From the NCBI RefSeq assembly GCF_004010195.1, contig NC_057750.1, positions 8,098,084 through 8,162,083 on the forward strand: a DNA stretch of 64,000 bases. The letters run 5' to 3'. The notes beneath the pieces were generated by a model. It ran no database searches. It saw only the letters and a list, made by a program, of their open reading frames with translations, and had not been told where the DNA came from. Below are positions 26,193 to 38,950 of this stretch, piece by piece. Made by a program: the position numbers and the translations under genes. How positions within the stretch are numbered: the stretch's first letter is position 1; the number at the start of each line of letters is the position of its first letter. This DNA comes from Chiloscyllium plagiosum (taxonomy: Eukaryota).

Positions 26193-26500
26193 GGGCGGCA
26201 CGGTGGCACAGTGGTTAGCACTGCTGCCTCACAGCGCCTGAGACCCAGGTTCAATTCCCGCCAGGCGACTGACTGTGTGGAGTTTGCACGTTCTCCCCGT
26301 GTCTGCGTGGGTTTCCTCCGGGTGATCCAGTTTCCTCCCACAGTCCAAAGATGTGCAGGTCAGGTGAATTGGCCATGCTAAATTGCCCGTGGTGTGAGGT
26401 AAGGGGTAAATGTAGGGGCATGGGTGGGTTGCGCTTCGGCGGGTCGGTGTGGACTTGTTGGGCCGAAGGGCCTGTTTCCACACTGTAATGTAATGTAAAA
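26193..26500 (+). mobile_element. HE1/V-SINE-like tRNA-derived SINE, young copy
   Basis: gggcggcacggTGGCACAGTGGttagc (A box), GGTTCAATTCC (B box), central gtgtggagtttgcacgttctccccgtg domain, CR1-like tail gggccgaagggcctgtttccacactg, then (taatg)n. Confidence 0.9.
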
Positions 26501-26902
26501 AAAATGTAATCAAGTCATTAAGCTACATTTTATTTTGGGATCTCACTTGTCCAGTGGCATTATCAGCTGTAATCTCTACATGCTTCGCATGATAGGTTTC
26601 CATTTTGTGAATCTATACGTAGAATCAGAAATGCCCAAAATATTTGTTTGAAAATACAGAACTTCAATATGGCTGGATAAAAAGATGCCTCTACCCTTAG
26701 ACTCCACGTGCCACCCATTCAGTGCTATTGCCTTTATACAGCATAAAATGTTACTTAGATATTTTTTGTTAATGTCCTGATTAGTATAAGATAAAAAGCT
26801 TTTGCAATTGCCTTTTTTTTAAATGAAAAAAACAACACTCAGCGCTGAAAATAAAGATAAATTCTTGCCAGTGCTGAGATGATAGGACTATTCTAAGCAT
26901 TT

Positions 26903-27240
26903 TGGGCAGCACAGTCGTTCAGTAGTTTGCATTACTGCCTGACAGCGCCAGATACCCAGGTTCGATTCCCCCATCTGGCAACCATCTCTGTGGAGTTTGC
27001 ACGTTCTCTCCATGTCTACGTGGGTTTCTACCAGGTGCTCCAGTTTCTTCCCACAGTCCAGAGATGTGTAAGTTACGTGGATTGCCCATGCTAAATTACG
27101 CACAGTATTCATGGGTGAGTGGTTTAAGTGCATTAGTTATGGAAAATGCATGGTTTTGGGATGGGGCTGTGTGGGTGCTCTTTAGAGGGTTGTTATGGGC
27201 ACATTGGGCTGAATGACCTGGTTCCACACTGTAAGGATTC
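26903..27240 (+). mobile_element. HE1/V-SINE-like SINE, older copy
   Basis: Homologous to 26193-26500. Confidence 0.85.
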
Positions 27241-28374
27241 TTAAAACAAAATAAAATCTGTTTGGCATTTAGGAATTTCTTTTCCTAGTTGGTTAAAAGT
27301 TGTATTCTGTTACTTGAATAGAAATAAGCAGTGCATTATTCAAAATGTTTAAGCTTTAGAAAAGGGCTTGTACTGTGAAATGGTGAGATCTATTTTAAGT
27401 AATTTTGTTTTTTGCCCCCTTGTGAAAGATAGTCAAGAAGAGTGGGTTATTTTCTACCTTGTGAATTGAGCACTCCTCATGCCAGTGTCAGAGAGGCTAG
27501 ATATGAGAGTCCAGTTTTGGTGCTCTTTCTCCATTCTAAATATGAATTTCATGACCAGATCCAATCTCAATACTGACTGTGTGCACATGCTCCTGTGTTT
27601 GAACATAACTGCTAGCTTTATGCTACTTTATAGTGTGGACATGCATCCATTGACTGACTATTAGATCAAAGTAGCTGAAAGCCATTTTAGTTAGGACATA
27701 GCAGCTGTGTTAAGATGAGGCTTCGATTCAATTAGTCTGGGCTTGTTTTAAACCTAGGTCCCAGAGGTTGAAGGCCAATGTTGTCAACAACCGTGTCCCA
27801 GTTCTCTAGTGGGTAATGATTAAATCTGTGAATGATGCAATAGCTCTCCAGTTACAAGGCTCCACATTCCTGGGAATAATAAAATGTTCCATTTAGGTTT
27901 CTGTTTTCTATTGCTTACTATTGTGCAGTGTCTGGTATACTTTTGGCACAATGGTCCGATAACCAAGCCAGTCAGATCCAGATGGCCTAAGTACTATTGG
28001 TTCTCACACTTGTGTCAATTGGACAATACTGTGCACCATTGTAAAACCTGGCACGAGGCATGCTAATTGTTGGCATTCAACTTTGGGACTTGTTCTAAAA
28101 TTCTGAATTCTAAGTACTATTAATATTCTCTTCAAGTTGGAAGCATTGTCAGATATGGGCCTGAATAGTCTGAAATTGAAGTGGTGAACAACTTCAATTC
28201 ACCACTTCAACTGCGCTTCTGGTGCATCTGAGACCTGCCAGGAAGTTTCAATGTGCACACCTGATACTTGTTATGGGAATTTCAAAATACAAGTGCGGTG
28301 ACTCCTTACCACAGCAACATTTAGATTGATTGCTCACTTGTGCCCCCCACTTCAGTCATTTCCAGTACACGATA

Positions 28375-28640
28375 GAAGAGAGAGGTCTGAGATTTGATTG
28401 AAGTGTACAAAGTCCTGAATGGTCCTGACAAGTTGGATGTGGAAACACATTTCATTTTGTTGGATTGTCCAAAACTTCCAGGTTGCCTTTTTAGGTCAGA
28501 TGGGTGGAACTGTTGTCTCTGACTCCTGTGCAACTTTGAATCTGTAGAAGGCAGTGGAGGCATGGTCATTGAATATTTTTAAGGTGAAAGTAGATTCTTG
28601 TTGAGGAAGGAAATTGGATGTTATGGGGATAAATGGGGAT
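28375..28640 (+). mobile_element. Old CR1 3' fragment
   Basis: gagatttgattgaagtgtacaaagtcctg (DLIEVYK) and ttgaatatttttaaggtgaaagtagattcttg. Confidence 0.6.
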
Positions 28641-28642
28641 GT

Positions 28643-29153
28643 GGGCAGCATGGTGGCTCAGTGGTTAGCACTGCTGCCTTAGCGCCAGGGACCCGGGTTC
28701 AATTCCCGCCTCGGGCAACTGTCTGTGTGGCGTTTGCACATTCTCCCTGTGTCTGTGTGGGTTTCCTCCCACAGTCCAAAGATGTACAGTTTAGGTGAAT
28801 AAGCCATGCTAAATTGTCCATTGTGTTAGGTGCATTAGTCAGGGATAAATGTAGAGGAATGGATCTGGGTCGTTTGCTCTTTGGAGGATCGGGGTGGACT
28901 TGTTATGGGTGGCACGGTGGCTCAGTGGTTAGCACTGCTGCCTCACAGTGCCAGATACCCAGGTTCAATTCCGGCTCAGGCAACTGTCTGTGGGGAGTTT
29001 GCACATTCTCCCCACGTCTGCGTGGATTTCCTCCGGGTGCTCCGTAGTGTTAGGTGTAGGGGAATGGGTCTGGGTGCATTGCTGTTCAGAGGGTCGGTGT
29101 GGATTTGTTGGGCCGAAGGGCCTGTTTCCACACTAAGTAATGTAATCTAATCT
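28643..29153 (+). mobile_element. Two head-to-tail HE1/V-SINE-like SINEs (28643-~28904 and 28907-29153)
   Basis: Two A/B-box heads, at 28643 and 28907; the second copy ends in (aatct)n. Confidence 0.88.
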
Positions 29154-29605
29154 AAACAAACATAAGTCATGATCTTATTGTAGGGCAGGCCATAAAATGT
29201 CGCAGCAGAAATAGACTATTCTGCCCATCATGCCTGTTCCACATTGAATGAGGTCATGGCTAATTTGATGATCATCTATTCCACTTTCCTGCCATTTCTC
29301 AGAATACTTAATTGTCTTACTAATTCAAAATATGTATATTGCTCTTAAATTACTTGACCCAACCCTGACAGCCCTCTGAGAAGAAATTTCTCCTCCTCTC
29401 TGCCTTAAATAGGCAACCTCTTACAGTGAGATTGTGCCCTCTGGTCCTTGATTCTACCACAAGAGGAAACAACCTCTCATCTAACCCCTCAATCCATCTC
29501 AGAATCTTGTATGATTCAATAACATCTGCTATTCTAAAGGACAGTGATTACGCACCCAACCTGTGCAACTCCCCTTTGGGGGGGGGGAGAACCCTCCATA
29601 CGTAG

Positions 29606-30234
29606 TGTTATGAACGAGGCCAGATCCCCTCAAAACATTTCAAGAAGGTAGCCGAGACCCTAACTTTGCGATTTGTTTTAAGCAGGTGTACAGTGGATAT
29701 TCAAGGTTAGATGCAGCTCGTCAAACCACATTTTTGTTTTAAGAAGCGACTTATTTGCAAGATTACAGAATGAAACACTAACAAAAGAGAAAGAATACCA
29801 AATAATTTAACCTATCTGAAACCCCAACAGATTATCCCCACTTAATAAAGCTGTTCCAAATACTTGTAACAATCCCGATAAACACCCCTTGGCACAAAAG
29901 GTAAAATCAAACACGAGCTCTTATAGGAGAGAGGTCAAGAGAGATCAGCATGGACCTGCTTCTTTGGGTCCAGCAGCTTTTACCACGCTACAGCTAAAAA
30001 CCAAACCAAACCAGAGAAAAGCTGAGCTGGGAGAACTGGCCACTCCCCTTTCATTGTGCAAGTGTTTTTTCTTCCAAAACCTGAGTTTGTTGCCTGAGGC
30101 AGTATTTGCTAGCTATAATCAAAATAGCCCTAAAACCATTCAACTTTTCGGAGTGTGTATCTTTCACGATTTCTGTAGGGGGGAAAAGAAAATCAAGGGT
30201 AACCTAACCTTGTTAAAGGAGCAGCTTCACCACA
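29606..30234 (-). mobile_element. Solo-LTR-like element inserted in CR1
   Basis: TGTTAT...CACA termini, 629 nt, cleanly splitting a CR1 fragment; homologous to the 21985 copy. Confidence 0.65.
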
Positions 30235-30879
30235 CCAGGATCAAACCAGTCAACCTTTTTACTGGCCTGCTTCAGTACCAGTATATAATTCCTTCGATAA
30301 GGGCTCCAAAATTTTTCATCCTATTGTGTTGTCCGACAAATGTTTCATATGGTTTCTCCATTCCTTTTGAAATAAAGACCAACAGCCCTTATGCCTTCCC
30401 AGTTAACTGCTAGACTTGCACAATAACATTTTGTGACTGTTATTTGGCTCTATTCTTTCTGCCAAAGTGCTCCACTCCACATTTTCCCAAATTACATTCC
30501 ATCTGAGATTTCTTTTGCCCACTCACAACCTGTTTATATCATTCTGCAGGGTCATTGTAGCACCTTCACCACTTGCCTTACCGCCCATTTTAGTGTTACT
30601 TGCAAGTTTCAATACCATGAAAGTCTCTTTAATTCTGTCATCCAAGTCATGAATGCATATTGTAAATAATTGCAGCACCAGCGCTGCTCCCTGTGGCATT
30701 CCACTAGTAGTTATAGGTTGGAACTTGAAAATTCCCCCTCTGCCCCAATCCTGCCAAAAGATATCACATTGCTGGTTTGCCTTTTAATTTTATTCTGCTT
30801 GTTAATTTTCCGTGTTAGAATAAATTAGTCAGGCATGATGTCCACTTTTGTGAAGAATTGCTGACTATGCTTGATTATA

Positions 30880-31100
30880 CAGGTTCTGCTATAACACTCG
30901 TTTCGTCAGCGCAAATTGGCAACAATGCAATTGATGAATCATGAATCACTATTTGGAGAATGTGAACTTTGTACTGAACAGATAACTGTTCTCTATTAGT
31001 GATCTTCTATGGTGTGCTTTTTAGCAATTTTCCATAGTGCAATTTTCTATAGCACGAGGTTGTAGACAAAACAACTATCATGTTATAGCAGAGCAACCTG
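30880..31100. mobile_element. Tc1/mariner (Tigger-like) MITE
   Basis: TA|caggttctgctataaca...tgttatagcagagcaacctg|TA. Confidence 0.75.
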
Positions 31101-32739
31101 TACTGGGTGTTTCAGATTGTTCAGTTATTATATCCTTTATAAAGCTCTTAACATTTCCGATGACGTGTTAAGCTAATTGGCCTGTACTTAGCTGTCTTTT
31201 CTCTCTCCTATTTTTGAGTAAAGGTGACACATAGCCAGTTTCCTAATTGTTGGAACTCTTCCAGAATCTGAGGATTCTTGGAAGATTACTCCCAGTGCAT
31301 CCACAATCTCTGTAGCTACTTCCTTTAATGTCTGAGATGCAGCTCATCAGGTGCAGGAAACCTATTGTCCTTTAGCCCCATTTGTTTCCCTACTCTCTTT
31401 CTCTAGTAATATTTTATTTCTCCCCTTCCTTTTAGCCCGCTGATTAGTTCGTATCCTTTTGGAATGCTCTTCATGTCTTCTATCGTGAAGACTAATGTAA
31501 AGTATTTATTAACTCCTGTAATGTCCTAGTTTCCTATTAATTTCCCAGCCCCATTCTCTAAGGGGCTCATGTTCACGGTTACCTTTCTCTTTTTTGATAT
31601 GTTTTAAAGAAGCTCTTGCTATCCTATTTTATTACTTTGGTTTAACCCTAAAGTTTATTTTCAAATTTTTTTTAGTTGGTCAACGTTTGGTTTTTAAAAC
31701 TTTCCTAATCCTTTGGCTTACTACTAGCCTGTATGTATCATACAGCGTACAATTGCATTTTTTTTCCCTGCTTGTTAGTATCCTTGAGTCCCTTGGTTAA
31801 CCATGTTTGGTTTATACCTTATACCTCCACAGGGATATATCTTTGCGAGTTGTGAATTATTTCCTTAAGCATCTGACAATGTTCATCAATGTCTTTGCTG
31901 CTAAACACCTTTCCCGATCCATTGCAGCCAAATTTATATTCATTTCTTTGTAATTACTCTCATTAAAATTTAGCACAGTCATTTCTGATCCAAATTTCTC
32001 ATTCTGTCATGCTATGAACACTTGTCTCCTAGGGGCTTCTTTACTCTGAGATCATTGAATAAACCTGTCTTATTGCACATTATCAGATCAAATGGTCTGG
32101 TGCTTGGTTGGACCCCCAACGTGTTCTGGGAACATGTTCTGAATAAACGTTGAATTCTTCTTTATGGCTACCACTTACAATTTTTGGTTTTCCCAATTTG
32201 GATTAAGATTTAGTGATTAACATATTACCTTTTTGACATGCCTTCCCATTATTAGAGATAAATTATCCCTTAATTTATTCTGCCCGATGATATATCTGCA
32301 GTTAGGAGGCTGTAGACTTATTCCCATCTGTATCACCTTCCCTAGTTATTTCTTAACTCCACCTATTGGGTTCTATATACTCCAATCCATAACTTCTTGC
32401 TATTATACTTGTTCTATTTTGTACTAGCAAATCTACCCACCACCCTTCCTTTCCTACCTGTCATTTTGGAAAGTCACATACCTCTGAATATTTAGATCCC
32501 AGCTTTGATCTCCTTGAAGCCAAGTCTTTGGCTATGTGATGTGTGTTCCTAATTCAAATAGTTTCTTCCAAATGCTATGTGCATTTTAATAATGAACCAT
32601 TAATTTTGCTACTTTACCATTTAATCCTCCTTTGACCCTATTTACTGCTAATTTTTAATGTTTCTTCATTCTGTCTCTTCCTGTCCCCCTCTGTGTATCA
32701 CAACCTACATAACTGCCCTGCAATACCCATATCTTTTAG

Positions 32740-33015
32740 CAGAAATAGGGATCACCGCCTAAGAATAAGGGGTAAGCCATTCAGGACTGAAATGAGAAAG
32801 AGTTGTGAACCTGTGGAATTCTCTCCCACAAAAAGCTGTTGGTGCCAGTTTGTTAGATATATTCAAGATGGAGCTGGACATGGCCCTCGCAGCTAAAGGG
32901 ATCAAGGGGTATGGAGCGAAAGTGGGAAATAGGATACTGAAAGTGCATGATCAGCCATGATCATACTGAATGGTGGTGCAGTCAAGAAGGGCCGAAAGGC
33001 CTGCTTCTGCTATTT
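32740..33015 (+). mobile_element. CR1 3' end
   Basis: RDHRLRIRGKPFRTEMRK followed by the tail gatcagccatgatcatactgaatggtgg. Confidence 0.85.
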
Positions 33016-33207
33016 TTTTTTGTTTAATGTGCACTGTCCAGAATCCCCCAACCTCTTTAGGTTAAAGCCCCCTCTGGGCCCAGTATGTTTCTAGTGAAGC
33101 CTATCCCACTGAGCAAGTTCCCTTCTACTCCAGTACAGATGCCACTGCAACCCAGTCCTTCTACACCAGTCTTTGCATCATACATTTAAGTCTTTCTATC
33201 ATTTGCA

Positions 33208-33415
33208 CTACAGACCAGTAAGTCTCACATCTGTCGTCTGTAAGGTGTGAGGAAGGATTCTGAGCGATAGGGTTTATGACCATCTGGGAGATCATGGCTT
33301 GATTAAATGCAGTCAACACGGTTTTGTGAGGGCAGGTCATGCCTCACAAACCTTATCGAGTTCTTTGAGGATCGAGCTGTGGATGTGGTGTATATGGACT
33401 TCGGCAAGGCATTTA
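33208..33415 (+). mobile_element. CR1 RT fragment
   Basis: YRPVSLTSVVCK...GRSCLTNLIEFFE...VDVVYMDFGKAF. Confidence 0.88.
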
Positions 33416-33720
33416 AGACCATAAGACATAGGAGCGGAGGTAAGGCCATTCAGCCCATCAAGTCCACTCCACCATTCAATCATGGCTGATGGGCATTTTA
33501 ACTCCACTTACCCGCATTCTCCCCGTAGCCCTTAATTCCTTGTGACATCAAGAATTTATCAATTTCTGCCTTGAAGACATTTAGCGTCCCAGCCTCCACT
33601 GCACTCTGTGGCAATGAATTCCACAGGCCCACCACTCTCTGGCTGAAGAAATATCTCCGCATTTCTGTTCTAAATTTACCCCCTCTAATTCTAAGGCTGT
33701 GCCACGGGTCCTAGTCTCCT
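33416..33720 (-). mobile_element. Young CR1 3' end
   Basis: aagaccataagacataggagcggaggtaaggccattcagccc... Confidence 0.88.
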
Positions 33721-34518
33721 ATATTGAAGTTGTATGAGTAAAATCTTTGCAGATGCCATCAAGTAAGAAGGCAGCCTGAATATTAGAGAAAGATTCAAGC
33801 ATGTCTATGGGCTGTGTGCTGAAAGATGAAATTAGGAAGGGCATCTGGGTGTCTTTGGGTCAGCATGGACTAGATAGGTTGAACAGCCCCAACTGTCTTG
33901 TTTTTATGGTTCTGTGTAAGAGGAATTAAATCCAATCTTTCCTTTCTCTTTGGTACTTTCCTGTAAAAGAACGATTTGCACAATTTAATCTGGTCATTGT
34001 GAAATAAATTGTTTGGAACCAAGGAAATGGAATACATGTAAAATGGAATCACAGTACAACATACTGATCAAGAAAATAACCTGCGAATTACAGAAGATAA
34101 ATTAATTTACTTAAGAAAAGTAGTAAATAAGTATCGGATTTCATTATTAGCGGGATTTTTTCAATGAATTAATTAGGTCAGACATTAATTTGACCCAATC
34201 GATGTTCACTTCTGGGAAGGAAAGAAAATCTGGCTGGAAGGAAATATTAGAAAAATTGAGCTTATTTGCTTTGGCAAAATGAGGAAACAGAAGATTTAAC
34301 AAGTTTGAAGATGGCTAATTGTTTTATTGATAAAGGGTAAAGTTATGAGGAACATTTAGTAGATAAGAAGGTAAGAATAGGAACAGAAGCCAGGTACAAT
34401 CATACAGTCGCATCCTCCGAAAATCTTCAGCTGTTCAATTACATCAGACTGTTTCTATCTTGAAACTGGCTCTTTCAACTTTTTTTTGTCATTTTCTGTA
34501 TACATTCAAAAGAAGAGA

Positions 34519-34863
34519 CTTTTTTCATTGGAGAAGAGGAGGAGGAGAGGGGACCTCATTGAGGTATACAAGATAATGAGAGGCATAGATAGTCGATAGC
34601 CAGAAACTATTTCCCAGGGCAGAAATGACTAACACGAGGGGTCATAGTTTTAAGCTGGTTGGAGGAAAGTATAGAGGGGATGTCAGAGGTGGGTTCTTTA
34701 CACAGAGTTGTGAGAGCATGGATGCGTTGCCAGCAGCAGTTGTGGAAACAAGATCATTGGGGATATTTAAGAGACATATGGTCACGGACATTTGAGGGTG
34801 CATACATGAGGATCGATGGTCGGCTGAAGGGCCTGTTCTGTGCTGTACTGTTCTATGTTCTAT
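34519..34863 (+). mobile_element. CR1 3' end, closely matching 43595-43975
   Basis: Direct sequence match to the 43595 copy. Confidence 0.9.
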
Positions 34864-37674
34864 AAGTTTGCCTGTGGCTCAGGTAGTAATCTGAGATCAT
34901 GTCTTGAAGGTTCTGCATTTTAATTTGCTTCCAAACTGTTCAGAATCTCTTGACAGAAACTCCACTCTTCTAACCCTTTTAAATGTTGGCATTAACATGG
35001 GCAACAATAACTGGATCCCTCCCCCGCCCACTCCCAAGTTCCCCCCTCACTCTGAGAAGATATCCTTTAACCCTGGCCCCAATTTGCACACCAATTGAAA
35101 TGCAATATACTATTGTATAACAAATCCAGTATCAGTAAAAATGAACTTGTATGTGTTAAGTCCTTAATTAATGGTAATACGTGATCCCATTCAGAAGTTT
35201 GAGCATTCATAAGTTGGGAACCCTCGTACAACATTTCCTCCTCCTAATTTGTGGCGACCTGTACTACAGTGCTGTAGTCAATTTTGTGATTCTGGCAGTG
35301 CTCACTCCTGCCCCCACAATTTGCAAAACCCTCATAACTAGACAAATGCAAGGGTTAATGCTCCTCAAATGCTACCCCATAGGTTACTATATATGTCTTA
35401 ACTGTGATTACTGCTTTCTGTCTCTAATCACAGACCAAATTTGAATTATGTATATAGAGGGGTGTGACCATGTCCTGGAGCAAAATGTTCTGATAACTTT
35501 CCCCTTCCCTGATTAGCACAATGTCTGTAGCTTGGGCTTTAGCTCCTCATTTTTGATCTGAAATTCTTCAAGATACAAACACGTGGTGCAGGTGTGCTTA
35601 CCCTGGATCACCTTGGTGTCAGCAGCTCCTACATGCTGCAGCAGCTGCACCTCACCCCGCTGCCATAACGAGTGCAAATTATTTAAATTTAGTAGCTTAA
35701 TCCTGAATGACCTACTTTTTGCTCCTAATTCAAATTTGTGGTATATCCATCATATACTGCTATCACACTTCCGTTCATTCCATATTATTTTCTTTGAAAG
35801 CTTGTCCTTCACTGCCCTTTTCATTTGTCTTCAGGCTACTTGGTTTGGCATCCTGGCTTCAGCCGTCACATCTCCAAATTTATTTTTAGCCAGCAGTTGT
35901 TTCATTCCTGCCAGTACTTTTCACCTATTCTCAATGATATTGTTTGACCATCTCTGATTTTGGGGTAGGGTGGCGTTAGGGCGAGCGGGGAAGTCATTGT
36001 GACCTTGCAAAGTACTTCACAGCAAGTGCAGTACTTTGGAAGTATAGTCAGTGATGTAATTAGAAAATGTGCAAAGTAATTGCCACAAGTTCCTGTTACC
36101 AACAATGATAGAAATTTATTGATTTCAGTAATGTTTATTGAGGAACAATTACTGCCCAACACTAGAGGAGAGCAGTCCTGTTCTTCAAAAAGAGCCCTGA
36201 ATTTCTTTGGGCCAGTTTAATCACTGATTGGAAAGATGACACCGCTGTTACTGTATCACTCCTTCAACCTAAAATGTTTGTATGCCTCCGGAGTGAGATT
36301 AAATACACAATTCAATGCACAATTCTGTACACTCATGTAGTTTGTGCCTGGCACTCTTTCAATTTTCTTAAACTCCAATTCACTTACACAGTTACCATAA
36401 AGTGATTAGTACTGATGTGTTGTTACATGGAATAAGACTGTCTTTTGCTGACTTATTATTAATGAAGTCTCTCAGTGAAGTTGTTTCTCTGTCATGCTGT
36501 TTTAAATGTTTAAGAATAATTGCTGTCTAGCTGACCCAGGAAGGCAGAACAATTGCACTTTTCAGCCTTAAAGGGAAATACTGAATTACAGATGCAAAAG
36601 AAGCATTTGGTAACATTTTTGAGCTTTTAAAATGAGTTGTCCTTTTGTGTTTTAACATTAGGGCAGAGAAGATCCACTATTAAATTTTGTTTTAAAGCAA
36701 GTGTCTTGGTGCAATATAATGTCTTCAGTGTGCAAACAATGTAAACCCTATGCAGCATGTGTGTACAGAGGATATGAAAACTGCCTTGAGATCAATACTG
36801 TACTCTGTTTTTAGGATTAACTAGGTACTTTCAGATTTTATAATGGAATTTTGTCCACTCAGACATGATGGCACTTGTTAAGTATTCTTTCAAGATGTTG
36901 CACCTTCTGTAGAGTGGACATGCCCACACGCAGGCTTCTCTAAAAGAGGTGAACCACATATGATCACTGTTACTTTTATATAATAAAAGCAAATTGCTGT
37001 TTTGGTTTGTTTCTGCAGGTTGGTGTGAATAGTTTTTTCTCAACATGTTTGAACATGTCATGACATATCTTTGTTGCCAATATGCTGCAGACCCCTCATA
37101 AATGGTTTTCTATGAACATTTTTAAAGTCACCAATGTAGGAATCCCCTTTGGTGATGAGGTGGTTGCTAAAGTGCTAATCAGGAGTGATGAACTGACTGG
37201 GAAGAATTCCTGAGGCAGCTGAACCAAATCAATAACAGTTACTGAGGCAGTTTGTTTATTCTAGCTGTAAATTAATTCCCCTTCATCCTTCCTGATATCA
37301 TCATTCACTAATTGCAGAAAAGTTGTTTTAATTTGACTAAAGAAATGAGACGAATTTGAAAACCTATTCTCGCTTCAATTTTGCTAGCTTTAATGGTGAA
37401 CTAATAGTTTCTCTACATCTTTATTGTATGTCATTCTCATTGAATACCTAATTGCTGTTTATCGTTCTGCTATTTTTTTACAGTAGTGTGTACCTAATCT
37501 CAAACTGAATGTACAATGTATGCTTGAGATAACAATGGCTTTCTGCAAAGTAGGAGTCCACTTCTGGCAGAGATGTTATTACTTGCAAGTTCTCAAGTTT
37601 ATTCTTGGCCTGTGCTGATTCTGGCTTTAGCAAATTGTTGGTGTTGGTCTTGGTTCATTCACCTTTCTAAGGAT

Positions 37675-37780
37675 TGAGTGTCTGTGCATGTAGGTTTGCT
37701 CCCTGAGCTGGAAGGTTCGTTTTCAGACATTTCATCACCATACTAGGTAACATCCTCAGTGAGCCTCTGAATGAAGCCTG
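37675..37780 (-). mobile_element. Penelope terminal-repeat fragment (family C-like) with hammerhead-like motif
   Basis: Minus strand reads caCTGAGGAtgttacctagtatggtgatGAAATGTCtg, similar to 46299-46338. Confidence 0.7.
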
Positions 37781-37828
37781 CATTATCAGTAGAAGAATTA
37801 GTCAATTCTTGCTTTGAACTGGAGTATG

Positions 37829-37970
37829 GCAAAAGTGAGGACTGCAGATGCTGAAAATCAGAGTCTAGATTAGAGTGGTGCTGGAAAAGCACAATCCGAA
37901 ACGTCGATTTTCCTGCTCACGTGATGCTGCCTGACCGGCTGTGCTTTTCCAACACCACTCTAATCTAGAC
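37829..37970. mobile_element. Family A fold-back element, internally deleted
   Basis: Inverted arms agtctagattagagtggtgctggaaaagcaca / tgtgcttttccaacaccactctaatctagact; degenerate TSD ttgaactggagtatg (37814) / ttggacttgagtatg (37971). Confidence 0.8.
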
Positions 37971-38224
37971 TTGGACTTGAGTATGTCAACCCCTACACAA
38001 TTTGGAGCAATGACCACTTGTAGTCATTACTGGAGGATGACCAATGCTTGAGAAATTTAACCTCACCCTTATTATGTGCTTTTAAAGCAGTGGTAGAAAA
38101 ATTAGACAATTTCATTAAAAGATGAGATTCTAGGATTGTGATACATTGCTAATGGTGACTTCTCTTTAGATCATGTTGTTTATATATAATTTGAAATCTT
38201 TTGCAAGGTCCTGACTCCCTTCAA

Positions 38225-38541
38225 TTAGATTAGATTCCCTATAGTGTGGAAACAGGCCATTTGGCCCAACAAGTCTACACCGACCCTCTGAAGAGTCACC
38301 AATCCAGACCCGTTTACCTCTGGCTAATGCCCCTAACACTACAATTGGCAATTTAACATGGCCAATTCACCTGACTTGCACATCTTTGGAATGTGGCAAG
38401 AAACTGGAGCACCCAGAGGAAATCTCTGCAAACACTGGGAGAATGTGCAAACTCCATACGAACAGTTGTCCGAAGCTGAAATTGAACGCGGGTCCCTGGC
38501 GCTGAGGCAGCAGTGCTAACCTCTGAGCCGTTGTGCTGCCC
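38225..38541 (-). mobile_element. HE1/V-SINE-like SINE
   Basis: Reverse complement of the 26193 family. Confidence 0.88.
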
Positions 38542-38574
38542 CTTTAATTCAGTTAGAATTATAGAGAACAGAAA

Positions 38575-38950
38575 TGTAGAAAAACTGGGAGTAGGAGTAG
38601 GCCTTTTGACCCTTCAAGCCTGCTTTAAAATTCACTGCAATCGTAGCTGGGATTAGTTTAGTTTGGGATTATGGTTGGTATGGACTGGTTGGACTGAAGG
38701 ATCTTGTTTCCCTGCATATTACTATATGATCATCCAACTCCATACCCTGTTCCCACCTTCTCACAGCACCCTTTAATCTGTTAGCCCCAAAAACTATATC
38801 TCCTTCTTGAAAACATTCACTGTTTTGACCTCTACTATTTTTCACGTAGCAGAAATTTCCATAGTTTCATCACTGTTTGGATGAAGACATTTCTCCTCCT
38901 CTTTAGTCCTAAATGGCCCACTTGGTCACCCCTGTTTCTCTACTTTCTAG
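38575..38950 (-). mobile_element. Old CR1 3' fragment containing a short + strand CR1 tail
   Basis: ggagtaggccttttgacccttcaagcctgc...gaagacatttctcctc. Confidence 0.6.

Larger units (their letters stand above)
29195..32600 (-). mobile_element. Long degraded CR1 LINE interrupted by an LTR-like element and a MITE
   Basis: Reverse CR1 3' end at ~29195-29600, resuming at 30235 (ccaggatcaaaccagtcaacc), with RT remnants (ccctgtggcattccactag is reverse GMPQG). Confidence 0.7.

Noticed and set aside
26193..26265. tRNA-like A/B boxes
   Set aside because: They continue into a SINE body and tail, so they are SINE heads rather than tRNA genes.
29889..30413. 174-aa ORF
   Set aside because: Spans an LTR-like/CR1 junction, has a non-ATG start and no protein motifs.
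37148..37228. Possible C/D box snoRNA (GTGATGA at 37152, second GTGATGA at 37185, CTGA at 37219)
   Set aside because: The apparent terminal stem overlaps box C, there is no canonical D' box and no guide target was recognised. A snoscan or Infernal search would be needed.
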